The notes beneath the pieces were generated by a model that had not been told where the DNA came from, searched no databases, and saw nothing but the letters and a program-made list of their open reading frames with translations. Positions 42,970-52,518 of a stretch of 64,000 bases of DNA are shown piece by piece. Both the position numbers and the translations under genes were made by a program. Source of the DNA: an uncultured Alphaproteobacteria bacterium (GTDB taxonomy: Bacteria > Pseudomonadota > Alphaproteobacteria > Rs-D84); assembly GCA_944389525.1 (NCBI GenBank), contig CALXMR010000001.1, positions 228,658 through 292,657 of the forward strand, given 5' to 3'. Numbering within the stretch: position 1 is the first letter of the stretch; every line of letters begins with the position of its first letter.

Positions 42970-43167
42970 TTAGCGTGAACGAGATTTTTGTTTGGGCTGT
43001 TGTTGCCTCATCTGTTCGTGCTTTTCTGTCAATGCGACGATGCGGCCGATGTTTTTTCGCATCGCACGCAAATATGACAGTTCTATTTTAGCTTTATCTG
43101 GATACGATGTTATTATGTCTGCGATTTCGTTATCCAGTTCAATTAATGCGTCTTTGAATGTACTCAT
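42970..43167 (-). CDS. Small hypothetical protein
   Basis: 65 aa, charged, basic C-terminus. Lies divergent from gyrA. Confidence 0.35.
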   Translation of the reverse strand: MSTFKDALIELDNEIADIITSYPDKAKIELSYLRAMRKNIGRIVALTEKHEQMRQQQPKQKSRSR

Positions 43168-43287
43168 AATGGCGCTATTGTATCACAAATGTTTAATTTG
43201 TCAATATTTTTTTTAGGGTTTATATCTTGACCAAAAGTGCAATTTTTTGCTATTCTGCAAATGTTAGAAAGCAAGGGAAATCTGAGT

Positions 43288-46038
43288 ATGTCTGAAACGA
43301 ATAATATAAATGAAATTAACGATGTTCGCGTGCCGCAATCATCGTTAGAACATGAAATGCGAACCAGTTTTTTGGACTATGCAATGTCGGTGATTGTTGA
43401 CCGCGCGTTGCCAGATGTTCGCGATGGTTGCAAACCGGTGCATCGCCGCATTTTGTATGTGATGAACGATGTTGCCCCGGCGACCAAGCCAACGGTAAAA
43501 TCGGCCCGTATTGTGGGTGATGTTATGGGTAAATATCATCCCCATGGCGACAGTTCTATTTATGAAGCTATGGTCCGCATGGGCCAAGATTTTTCCATGG
43601 GTGAAATGTTGGTCCAGGGCCAGGGTAACTTTGGTTCGCGCGATGGGGACAAGGCCGCCGCCATGCGTTATACAGAGGCACGGTTGAGCAAACTGGGCGC
43701 GTCCATGATGGACGATATGGACAAGGATACTGTTGACTGGCAACCGAACTTTGACGGCACATTACAAGAACCAGTTGTTTTGCCAACTAAATTCCCGAAT
43801 TTCCTGGTAAATGGTGGTTCTGGTATCGCAGTTGGTATGGCAACAAATGTGCCAACATATAATCTGGGTGAAATTTGCAATGGAATTTTGGCAATCTTGG
43901 ATAATCCAAACCTGACAGACGATGAATTGTTTGGTATTATTCCTGGACCAGACTTTCCAACAGGCGCGGTTATAATGGGGCGCGCCGGCGCGTACAAGGC
44001 ACACACCACAGGTCGCGGTTCGATTATTGTTCGTGCAAAAACACACATGGAAACTTTCCATGATCATCCGGCAATTGTTGTTGATGAAATCCCATACCAG
44101 GTGAATAAATCACAACTGATTATGAAAATCGCTGAACTTAGCAAGGAAAAAAGAATCGAAGGTATATCCGAAATTCGCGATGAATCATCCAAAGAAGGAT
44201 TGCGTATTGTTATTGAATTGAAACGCGATGCGATACCGGATGTGGTGCTGAATCATTTGTTCCAGTACACAGAAATGCAGACGAATTTCCCGGTCAATAT
44301 GATGGCGTTAAATCGTGGTCGCCCGATGTTGTTTAACATTCGCGGTGTTCTGGATGCATTTATTGATTTTAGATGCGAGGTTATTCGTCGTCGCACAATT
44401 TTTGACTTGAATCGTGCGCGTAATCGTGCGCATACATTATTGGGATTATCGGTTGCGGTTGGCAATCTGGACGAGGTTATTGAATTAATAAAATCCAGCG
44501 AATCCCCAGATGCGGCGCGCACGGCATTGATATCGCGTGGTTGGCGGGCGTCTGATATTGAAAACTATATTCAATTAATTGATGACCCGAATACAGAATA
44601 CAAAGACGGCATGTTCTATATGTCCGAAGACCAGGCGCGCGCAATTTTGGAATTACAGTTGCACCGTCTGACCGGACTGGAACGCGAAAAATTACATGCG
44701 GATTTGGTTGAACTGGGCGCACAAATAAAAGACTTGCTGGATATATTGGGCAGTCATGCGCGTATCATACAAATAATTCGTGATGAAACAACAATGGTTC
44801 GTGACAATTGGTCCAGTCCGCGTCGTACAGAAATATCAGATGCAGAAATTGATATCGATGTCGAAGATTTAATCGCCCGCGAAGATATGGTTATCACTGT
44901 GTCTAATACAGGATATATTAAACGCGTATCACTGGACACATATCGTGCGCAAAAACGCGGGGGCAAGGGTCGCAATGCCATGACAACCAAAGACGATGAC
45001 TATGTGATACAGGTGTTTGTTGCAAACACGCATACGTCGTTGCTGTTTTTCAGTTCACGCGGAATATGTTATAAATTAAAGACATATAAATTACCCGAAG
45101 CTGCCGCCGCGGCAAAGGGGCGACCACTGGTAAATCTGTTGCCATTGGAAAACGGCGAAACAATCACGGCAATATTGCCGATGCCCGAAGAAGATGTACA
45201 GCGTGCGCGTGCATCCGGTGTGGAACATTTCTTGATGTTTGCGACCGCGTCTGGTACGGTGCGCCGCAATCGTACATCTGATTTTGATTCTATTCGTGCA
45301 AATGGAAAAATCGCAATGAAATTGGACGATGGCGACAGTTTGGTTTCGGTCCTGCCATGCACAGAAGATCAAGATGTATTCTTGGCAACATATCGCGGTC
45401 GTTGCATACGATTCCCTGTGTCTGAAATACGCGTATTTGCGGGTCGTAACTCGACCGGGGTGCGTGGTATGACATTGGGCGCAGATGATAAAATTATTGG
45501 TATGGCAATGCTGAACCATGGTGAATCTGATGCCGCCGTGCGTGGTGCGTATATAAAGCAATCCCGTGCCGCACGCCGTGCCGCCACTGGAATCGAAGAA
45601 GAATCTGATGGCGAAGAAGAATCCACAACTTTGACCTTGACCGATGAACAAATGGCACAGATGGCGGCATCAGAACAGTTTATATTAACTGTATCTGAAA
45701 ATGGATTTGGCAAACGCACCAGTTCGTACGAATACCGCACAACGCACCGCGGTGGTGGTGGATTTACGAATATAAAACTGGGCGGTAAAAATACGGCTGT
45801 GGCGGGTTCGTTCCCGGTTGCGGATGATAACGATATTATCATGGTGACGGACGGCGGAAAAATTATTCGTACCCCGGTCCGCGATGTTCGCATCGCAGGT
45901 CGCAGTACCGCGGGTGTTACATTGTTCCGTACGGCTGAAAATGAAAAGGTTGTATCCGCAATTTCAATATTAAGTGATGAAGGCGAAGCCGCCGAAGTCG
46001 ATGCCGAAATTGCAGAACAAGAATCAAATCAACAATAA
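43288..46038 (+). CDS. gyrA: DNA gyrase subunit A
   Basis: Start at [18 protein letters not shown], a [22 protein letters not shown] region, the active-site [11 protein letters not shown]-terminal beta-pinwheel repeats and an acidic tail. Confidence 0.95.
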   Translation: MSETNNINEINDVRVPQSSLEHEMRTSFLDYAMSVIVDRALPDVRDGCKPVHRRILYVMNDVAPATKPTVKSARIVGDVMGKYHPHGDSSIYEAMVRMGQDFSMGEMLVQGQGNFGSRDGDKAAAMRYTEARLSKLGASMMDDMDKDTVDWQPNFDGTLQEPVVLPTKFPNFLVNGGSGIAVGMATNVPTYNLGEICNGILAILDNPNLTDDELFGIIPGPDFPTGAVIMGRAGAYKAHTTGRGSIIVRAKTHMETFHDHPAIVVDEIPYQVNKSQLIMKIAELSKEKRIEGISEIRDESSKEGLRIVIELKRDAIPDVVLNHLFQYTEMQTNFPVNMMALNRGRPMLFNIRGVLDAFIDFRCEVIRRRTIFDLNRARNRAHTLLGLSVAVGNLDEVIELIKSSESPDAARTALISRGWRASDIENYIQLIDDPNTEYKDGMFYMSEDQARAILELQLHRLTGLEREKLHADLVELGAQIKDLLDILGSHARIIQIIRDETTMVRDNWSSPRRTEISDAEIDIDVEDLIAREDMVITVSNTGYIKRVSLDTYRAQKRGGKGRNAMTTKDDDYVIQVFVANTHTSLLFFSSRGICYKLKTYKLPEAAAAAKGRPLVNLLPLENGETITAILPMPEEDVQRARASGVEHFLMFATASGTVRRNRTSDFDSIRANGKIAMKLDDGDSLVSVLPCTEDQDVFLATYRGRCIRFPVSEIRVFAGRNSTGVRGMTLGADDKIIGMAMLNHGESDAAVRGAYIKQSRAARRAATGIEEESDGEEESTTLTLTDEQMAQMAASEQFILTVSENGFGKRTSSYEYRTTHRGGGGFTNIKLGGKNTAVAGSFPVADDNDIIMVTDGGKIIRTPVRDVRIAGRSTAGVTLFRTAENEKVVSAISILSDEGEAAEVDAEIAEQESNQQ

Positions 46039-46052
46039 AACAGGGGGCCGGT

Positions 46053-46457
46053 ATGGACAGTGAATATTTTGCATCGATAAATGAAGTGTCAAAGCGACTG
46101 TCTGTGCCGGCGCATACCCTGCGTTATTGGGAAAAGCAGTTTCCGGTGATTATTCGCCCGACAACGGGCGCCGGCGGGCGGCGATACTATCGCCCAGAAA
46201 CAGTCGACAGATTGACTGTGATTCGCGATTTGCTATACAAGCATGGTTTAACAATTGCGGGTGTGAAAAAGTTATTGCGCGATGGAAATTTTCCATCGTC
46301 TGGGGATGAATTTGTCGCCGCGGTGCCAACCAATGCTGCGCCGGCCGTTGCGGCGGCACCAGTCGCAACACACGGCACCACCGCAATAGATGCCCAGCAA
46401 TTAGACCGGGCAATAGAAATCTTGACCGCGGCATGTGATATATTAAAAAATGCATAA
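46053..46457 (+). CDS. MerR-family transcriptional regulator
   Basis: HTH INEVSKRLSVPAHTLRYWEKQF. Confidence 0.75.
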   Translation: MDSEYFASINEVSKRLSVPAHTLRYWEKQFPVIIRPTTGAGGRRYYRPETVDRLTVIRDLLYKHGLTIAGVKKLLRDGNFPSSGDEFVAAVPTNAAPAVAAAPVATHGTTAIDAQQLDRAIEILTAACDILKNA

Positions 46458-46536
46458 CGCCACGGAATGAAAAAAAACGCGCCGATTTTGGCGCATTTTT
46501 TATTTTTTTATAAATCTTTAAATAATCACACGACGA

Positions 46537-47118
46537 TTACTTTCGATTTTGTGTCGCGCTTTTTTGCAGTGTATTCAATCTGTGTTGATGATATTTTACC
46601 AGTGCACGATTGACATCCTGTTGAAAGTTGCGGCAGTTATTTTTTACCCGCACACGTAATGGCAACGCACGCACTGCGGCGACATCAATGCTGTCTTGGG
46701 TCAGTTTGTCTATTTTATCATAAACATTGCGTAATTGGTTATCCGCGGCGATGAATGCGCTGTCTGTACGAAATGCATCGTTAATAAATTTTTCTTCTAT
46801 GGAATCGCGATGTGCGCGCAGTTCCCGGACCGCCGGCGTATAGTATCCACGCGACATTTCCATTCCTTGGATTTGCTGGTCCAGTTGCTGGTATTGCGCG
46901 GTGCGCGCAGCGTTATTGCGCCCGCGTTCAACGGCATGTGTGTATGCAATGTCATATTCGTGTTCCGCATTTGGCTGTGCAAATTGACGCAAATAGTCCA
47001 TTTGTCCCTGGTCATATTGGGGTTCGCCATATGTTGCGATATATATCGCAATAACGAACGCAACAGTGGCCGCGATTCCGCCTATTGCCAATAATTTGTT
47101 TAATCCAGATCGTTTCAT
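46537..47118 (-). CDS. Membrane-anchored hypothetical protein
   Basis: Start at MKRSGLNKLLAIGGIAATVAFVIAIYIA (N-terminal TM anchor), then a helical periplasmic domain. Confidence 0.5.
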   Translation of the reverse strand: MKRSGLNKLLAIGGIAATVAFVIAIYIATYGEPQYDQGQMDYLRQFAQPNAEHEYDIAYTHAVERGRNNAARTAQYQQLDQQIQGMEMSRGYYTPAVRELRAHRDSIEEKFINDAFRTDSAFIAADNQLRNVYDKIDKLTQDSIDVAAVRALPLRVRVKNNCRNFQQDVNRALVKYHQHRLNTLQKSATQNRK

Positions 47119-47202
47119 AACAAAATCCTTTGATAATTCATACAGGTATGATAGTACAAAAATATAAATTGTCAAGATTTAAGTTCAAAAATATATTGGC
47201 AG

Positions 47203-47222
47203 TCCCAACGGGAATACTTCGT
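47203..47222 (-). other. Duplicated 3' end (18-20 nt) of tRNA-Glu; possible att-site remnant
   Basis: tggcagtcccaacgggaata, identical to the 3'-terminal nucleotides of the tRNA at 47365 and in direct orientation 143 bp away. The intervening DNA contains T-arm-like fragments in both orientations. Confidence 0.6.
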
Positions 47223-47364
47223 CACCTTGGCTCATTATGTGCGTGGCACATAACCGGCGTACTGCCGTCCGCCTTTCGCCGGCGGTTCGAACCCTTTGTC
47301 ACGTGTTCGATTCCCGGGGCATTCACATAATTCGTATTTGCTGGTTCCCAACAAATACAAATTA

Positions 47365-47439
47365 TGGCAGTCCCAACGGGAATCGAACCCGTGTCGCCGG
47401 AATGAGAATCCGGTGTCCTGACCGCTAGACGATGGGACC
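47365..47439 (-). tRNA. tRNA-Glu (anticodon read as CUC by hand folding; UUC not excluded)
   Basis: RNA sense GGTCCCATCGTCTAGCGGTCAGGACACCGGATTCTCATTCCGGCGACACGGGTTCGATTCCCGTTGGGACTGCCA. Cloverleaf with 7-bp acceptor, D-arm, T-loop TTCGATT, and an encoded CCA. Confidence 0.8.
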
Positions 47440-47635
47440 AGCGCCGTATATATTACAAATTATTTCCCATTTTGCAAATGGTAAATAAAAAATACCCCAA
47501 CGGGGTGTTTTTTATTTTGATTGTGCCTGACTAGCAATTCCCGAGCCAATTATTATAATGATTTAATCAAAATGGCACCTGAAATTGCGAATGTTAAACA
47601 GCTTTTAACAATTTAACGCATTAGATGACCGTGAT

Positions 47636-48838
47636 TTAATAATCGTCATTTTGATTTGCCTGATGTTTAATTATTGTCATTTCCATTTGTTTAACAATTT
47701 CTGATACTTTTGCGCGCATGCCGTTTGGGTTGATAATATAGTTTCCTTGCTCGGTCTGTAATGCGGTGGATTTTAATATATCGTTCAATTCTTGGTGCCA
47801 ATTTGAACGATTCATAAACAATTGGTTGCCTTCTAATACACACGCATACACACCAGCAATGTATGGTGCAGCAGAACTTTCGCCACCGGTCACCCTGTAT
47901 TGCCATCCGTTTGATTCCAGTGGTGTTGTACGCATATTGGTTGGGATGCCAATCACTTTGTCAGAATCAAATGGCAGATTCATCATCCGAATTGTTTCAT
48001 CGCCCGCGGCCTGTACATTTGGTTGAACATCTGTCATGTTCGGATTGTTACATGGCATAAAATCACGCCCAGATAGTGTCGCATCCTTCATATAATCAGA
48101 TGTGCATAAAATTATTTTTACCCCATCGGCTTCCAATTGGTCCAGTAAAGCACAGACCTCTGGTTGATACTTTTTGCGTGCCCCCCAACTGCATGACAAT
48201 ATATGAATTTTGTTTTCAGGTTTTTGTGCCTGATTAAATTTGATTACATTGCGCAAAACTTCCGCAATGTCTTTATCAAACTCTTTGCGTTCTTTGTATG
48301 ATGCCTTGGTAAAATAATAAACATTTGCATCCGGGGCGATGCCGGTGCTTTTGCCGACCAGTTGACCCATAACCATACTGGCATGTTTGTTTGTCGGCAA
48401 TTCTTGGTTATGTAATGGTCCTTGAATAAATTTTATATTATCGGCATATTCGGGATTGGTTGTGTCCAACATATTATCTATGACAGCAATATTTATACCA
48501 CGACCGGTCGCATTATTTATTTTGTTCGCAGGTGTTTTGGCGCGTTCCATTATTGCCATTGGATTAAATCCATCTGGCATTTTGTCTGGGGACGGCCAGA
48601 TTACATTTGTTGTCCACCCACGAATACCAGATTGTGGCAGAGATACATCCGACGCATAATCAAACAAATGTTTATATTCGCGCAAGTCGAGTTCAGATAA
48701 GTCGTGATAGTCCAATATAGGCGTGTTTTTAATCTGGTCAATACTGTGAACTTTGACGTACTGTGTGCCTTTCTGTTGCGCAGTTTCATGTTTAAGTCCG
48801 ACTATGGCATTGTAAAATTTCGTTATATAGTTATTCAT
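47636..48838 (-). CDS. Subtilisin-like (S8) serine peptidase without a signal peptide
   Basis: 400 aa. Asp motif GINIAVIDNM, His motif NKHASMVMGQLVG, Ser motif GGESSAAPYIAG. No N-terminal signal peptide. Confidence 0.55.
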   Translation of the reverse strand: MNNYITKFYNAIVGLKHETAQQKGTQYVKVHSIDQIKNTPILDYHDLSELDLREYKHLFDYASDVSLPQSGIRGWTTNVIWPSPDKMPDGFNPMAIMERAKTPANKINNATGRGINIAVIDNMLDTTNPEYADNIKFIQGPLHNQELPTNKHASMVMGQLVGKSTGIAPDANVYYFTKASYKERKEFDKDIAEVLRNVIKFNQAQKPENKIHILSCSWGARKKYQPEVCALLDQLEADGVKIILCTSDYMKDATLSGRDFMPCNNPNMTDVQPNVQAAGDETIRMMNLPFDSDKVIGIPTNMRTTPLESNGWQYRVTGGESSAAPYIAGVYACVLEGNQLFMNRSNWHQELNDILKSTALQTEQGNYIINPNGMRAKVSEIVKQMEMTIIKHQANQNDDY

Positions 48839-49062
48839 TTATTAACCTTTTATCCAATAATACCACATAATTCAATATATAGCAAAATGGCCACGACGGA
48901 TTCCAACTGAGTAAAAAGACTGGCAAACCAGTCTTTTTTTTGTTTGATTGGTTCGAATGTTCTCAAAAATTGGCGATTTTGAAAACCAACTTTCGAGCTC
49001 TGCGTGATGCTTGTAAATCCAACTAAAAACCGCCCTTGTGGGCGGTATTTTTTATTTTGGTT

Positions 49063-49135
49063 GGGGCGCACTCAATTCCCGCGGCGCGGGGCGGCTGCGG
49101 GGAAACCGTAACGATGTTACTGCGCCGGGGGTATA
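49063..49135. repeat. About 70-bp intergenic repeat R2, copy a
   Basis: gcgcactcaattcccgcggcgcggggcggctgcggggaaaccgtaacgatgttactgcgcc. Related to 51526-51596 through the shared gcgcactcaattccc and ggctgYggggaaaccgtRacgatKt.actgcgc blocks. Confidence 0.6.
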
Positions 49136-49188
49136 AAAGTCATTTCCCATGTTGCAACTGGTAAATATATTGTGATAGAATATAAAAA

Positions 49189-49719
49189 ATGATGGAAAAA
49201 AATATATTTATTATCGGTGTTCCACGTTCGGGTAAAAGCACATTGGCCAATATTGTATGCGACCGGTTTGGGTTCGGATTGGTGTCTATTGACGCCATTG
49301 TTGCGACTTTTTATAATGTGTTCCCAGAATTGGGAATGCACGCGGAACCAGAAAAAAGCGAACCAATTGTATCTAAATTTATTTTTGAATATATGCGTCA
49401 ATTGTCCGCGGAATCGCCAAACCGTAAATTTGTTATAGAAGGTTGTCATATCCAGCCCACCACGGTCGTTGGTAATATAGATTGTGAAAAATACGATGTT
49501 GTTTGTATGGGGTATCCAGGTCTGACGCCAGAACAATTTTTACTTCGTGTACATGGAACAAATTGGGCGGTTACCAAAAATGACGCAGAAATAATCCAAA
49601 TGGGCGAATGTTTTATTGCGCGTTCCCGTCAATACCAGGAAACATGCAAACAACATAATATAAAGTTTATAGATACATCAGATGGGATTCTGACCGCTTT
49701 GGGTGATTATATGAAATAA
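49189..49719 (+). CDS. P-loop NTPase/kinase-like protein
   Basis: Walker A GVPRSGKST at the N-terminus, 176 aa. The promoter is ttgcaa-17-tagaat within the repeat at 49142. Confidence 0.55.
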   Translation: MMEKNIFIIGVPRSGKSTLANIVCDRFGFGLVSIDAIVATFYNVFPELGMHAEPEKSEPIVSKFIFEYMRQLSAESPNRKFVIEGCHIQPTTVVGNIDCEKYDVVCMGYPGLTPEQFLLRVHGTNWAVTKNDAEIIQMGECFIARSRQYQETCKQHNIKFIDTSDGILTALGDYMK

Positions 49720-49746
49720 AAACATCATATAATATCGTGCATTTTT

Positions 49747-50352
49747 TTGTATGAATTTTCCAAAAAAATTGGTACAATAAGCCACATGAATTTCCCAACA
49801 ACCCTGAACGGTTTTTTTAAGTTAATTTTCAAGACTTTCCCCGTTTGGTTAATTTCTTTATTAGTTATTTCGGTATTATATCGTTCTGCAACGAATATAT
49901 CTTGGCCTTTTGTTAACAAGTGGATTGTAGAGATGTTTGAATCTGCGACCACTGGTGTTTTTTCTTGGGTGTTTTGGGCAGTTGTGGGGATGTTTGCCGC
50001 AACGCTTGTATTTGGGATATTAGAAAAACTTTTAACAGGGTGGTTCTTGCCGTATTTGTCGAAATATATAAACCAAACGTTATACGAGTATATTTATCAA
50101 AACGACACAGATTTTTAAGTTGGATTTATTGCGTTTTATATCGGCAAATTTTATCTGGTGGCCAGCGTCAAAGGGTTGCGATTGCGCGTGCGATATTAAG
50201 AGATGCGCCAATCTTGGTATTTGACGAGGCTACATCTGCATTGGATTCAGAACGGAAAAATTGTCGAGACTGGCACCCACAAACAATTATTGCGTGCAAA
50301 TGGTGCATACAGAAAATTGTGGAATATGCAAACAGATGGATTCGTGGCATAA
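49747..50352 (+). pseudogene. Degraded ABC exporter (MsbA-like). The N-terminal TM fragment is fused to the C-terminal signature/Walker B region with an internal deletion and a frameshift.
   Basis: Frame 1 carries TM helices. A second frame carries [16 protein letters not shown]...[15 protein letters not shown] third frame carries the typical C-terminus [27 protein letters not shown]. The Walker A/Q-loop and most of the transmembrane domain are missing. Confidence 0.75.
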
Positions 50353-50431
50353 CACGATGACATCAATCAGGTATGGATGCGAACAGACTCCACGCAGTAC
50401 AATATTTAATAAAAAATACAGGATGTAAAAA

Positions 50432-51205
50432 TCACTTTTCTGCCGCTGCGATTTTTTTACGCAATTCGGGTTCGTTTTTCTGAATCCAATCAAACGATTT
50501 ATTCATAAAATCGTAAATATTTGTCCGGCTTTGATACATTTTTTTCATGGTATCAAAAATCAGTTCATTATTTATCGTCATGTTATAAAAATATGAATAT
50601 GCAATATATTTTGGCTGTTCAATCAAGTCATTTATTTTTGAATTACGAATAATTGTTTCAACGACTATTTCAGATAAAAGCCATTTTAAGTTTGGGAAGT
50701 CATATTCGTCCGAATTATCGGAAAAATGCTGTTGCCAAAAATAAAACCATACGAAATGCGTTATTTCATGCAATGCTATCATCATTGCGTATCGGGGAAT
50801 ATCGCGATAATAAACACTGAAACTGTTATGTTCCAGATCGCGTGGGCAAATTGGATTCAACCCAACCTCCGCCAACATATTGTTCAATATACCCGAACAA
50901 TCATTACCAAATGCCGTCCTATACGCAGATTCCAGTTTTTCCACAATTAACGTATTCCAAGTGTCTTGAAATACTTTTACAGAATCATTTATAACATTTT
51001 CATATTTTTGTGATTCTTGTCGCATTTGCTCTGTTATATATTCAAAACGTTTGGATTCGGGCAAAGATTTTGCATGTTCATAGTTCAAATATGGGTATGC
51101 ATTAAACAGTTGTTTACGCCACCATTCTGGGGTGTTGTCTTGTTGATGATATAAAATAAATTCTATATCAGATTCAAAATCTTTCCGTGTCCAGTTTAGC
51201 TTCAT
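50432..51205 (-). CDS. Hypothetical protein with an HExxH zinc-metallopeptidase motif
   Basis: 257 aa, MIALHEITHFVWFYF, no signal peptide. Confidence 0.45.
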   Translation of the reverse strand: MKLNWTRKDFESDIEFILYHQQDNTPEWWRKQLFNAYPYLNYEHAKSLPESKRFEYITEQMRQESQKYENVINDSVKVFQDTWNTLIVEKLESAYRTAFGNDCSGILNNMLAEVGLNPICPRDLEHNSFSVYYRDIPRYAMMIALHEITHFVWFYFWQQHFSDNSDEYDFPNLKWLLSEIVVETIIRNSKINDLIEQPKYIAYSYFYNMTINNELIFDTMKKMYQSRTNIYDFMNKSFDWIQKNEPELRKKIAAAEK

Positions 51206-51227
51206 AATTCTCTACCTTTTAAATTTG

Positions 51228-51425
51228 TTATTTCTTGTATTCCCGTGCCAGTTTTGAAAATAACAAATGGTCTGTCCATGTACCATCGGTCAGGCGTGTA
51301 TATTCGCGCAAACAGCCCTCTTGCTGATATTCACTGGCCAGAATGGAGTTTTGGGACCGTGTATTGGTCACCATGCATTGCCGAGTTTTTAAATTTCGTT
51401 TGAATAATTGAAAGAATTTTTCCAT
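51228..51425 (-). pseudogene. C-terminal fragment of a GNAT (RimJ/RimL-like) acetyltransferase
   Basis: 65 aa ending ...GCLREYTRLTDGTWTDHLLFSKLAREYKK, typical of a GNAT C-terminus. The acetyl-CoA-binding core is missing. Confidence 0.45.
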
Positions 51426-51525
51426 ACAAGCACCATGTTTTTAATGGATTATACAATAAAAATCGCAAAAATACACCAAAATAGAAAATTTTCATAAAAC
51501 CGGCTTTTTAATATACGGTGCCAGG

Positions 51526-51596
51526 AGCGCACTCAATTCCCTCGCACGGCGCGTTGCGCCGGCTGTGGGGAAACCGTGACGATTTGACTGCGCGTG
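51526..51596. repeat. About 70-bp intergenic repeat R2, copy b
   Basis: gcgcactcaattccctcgcacggcgcgttgcgccggctgtggggaaaccgtgacgatttgactgcgcg. Confidence 0.6.
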
Positions 51597-51809
51597 TGCT
51601 TGTCAAATCTACTTGTTTTCGAACCGGCAACCGTTGGTTGCGGGCTGCGAACCGTGACCGCGAACCAAAAATAAAAACGCCACACGGGCGTTTTAATAAT
51701 GTTTAATATCAAGTGCGTCTGCCACACTTCGTTAAAACTTCGTGTGGCACTCCTTCGCGTGAACTATTCCGCTCCGGCTTGCCACCCGAAGCGTCACAGA
51801 CGCGAAGGG

Positions 51810-51883
51810 TGGTTGGGGCGCACGGATTCGAACCATGATAAAGAGAACCAAAATCTCTTGTCCTACCATTAGACGACACCCCA
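51810..51883 (-). tRNA. tRNA-Gln (anticodon UUG)
   Basis: RNA sense TGGGGTGTCGTCTAATGGTAGGACAAGAGATTTTGGTTCTCTTTATCATGGTTCGAATCCGTGCGCCCCAACCA. Anticodon loop TTTTGGT, T-loop TTCGAAT, encoded CCA. Confidence 0.8.
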
Positions 51884-52068
51884 AAAGCATGCATGATTAT
51901 AAATATATTTTGCATTTTTGCAATAACAATTTTATACCCGCACGGGTTGCAATTAAAAAAAATTTAAAAATTTATCATTTTTCCACTTGCATTTAATTCA
52001 TTAAAACATATAATCATTCAGGTTTTTAATTATTAAAGCGCTTGGTGCCGTAACCAAAGGGGGCAATC

Positions 52069-52518
52069 ATGGCACACAAAGAATTCGTCAAACTGTTTGA
52101 ATCAAATATTTTGCTGTTCGATAAATTAGCGGACAGGTTGAAACGCGCCCCGTCCGTTCTGGCCGGGTATCCGCGACAACAATTAAGCATTCTGGTGCGT
52201 CTGCATATCGGTGGACCGGCGCTGTTAAAAGAAATTGCGCGGCGGGAAATGGTGACTGCGCCAAATTTGTGCGCGACATTTCGCAAGTTGGAACGCGATG
52301 GGCTGGTATCGCGCCGCATTGACGAGAAAGATCGCCGCAACACATGGTATGCGGTGACCGCGGCAGGTGAAAAAATCGCGGCCCAGGCAATGGACATTAT
52401 GCGCGGTGCGATTGATAAAATGTTCGCCGGGATTTCGCGTGATGACGAAAACGCACTGACAGGTGCAATGAAAACAATTAACAAGATTTTAACCAAGATG
52501 GAGTTAACAGATGCATAA
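52069..52518 (+). CDS. MarR-family transcriptional regulator
   Basis: 149 aa, winged HTH (LSILVRLHIGGPALLKEIARREMVTAPNLCATFRKLERDGLVSRR). It is the first gene of the efflux operon. Confidence 0.75.
   Translation: MAHKEFVKLFESNILLFDKLADRLKRAPSVLAGYPRQQLSILVRLHIGGPALLKEIARREMVTAPNLCATFRKLERDGLVSRRIDEKDRRNTWYAVTAAGEKIAAQAMDIMRGAIDKMFAGISRDDENALTGAMKTINKILTKMELTDA

Noticed and set aside
47223-47364. Possible second tRNA between the tRNA-Glu 3' duplicate and tRNA-Glu
   Set aside because: T-arm-like fragments (ggttcgaaccc, gtgttcgattcccgg) are present, but no complete cloverleaf with acceptor pairing could be folded on either strand. It is treated as tRNA debris.
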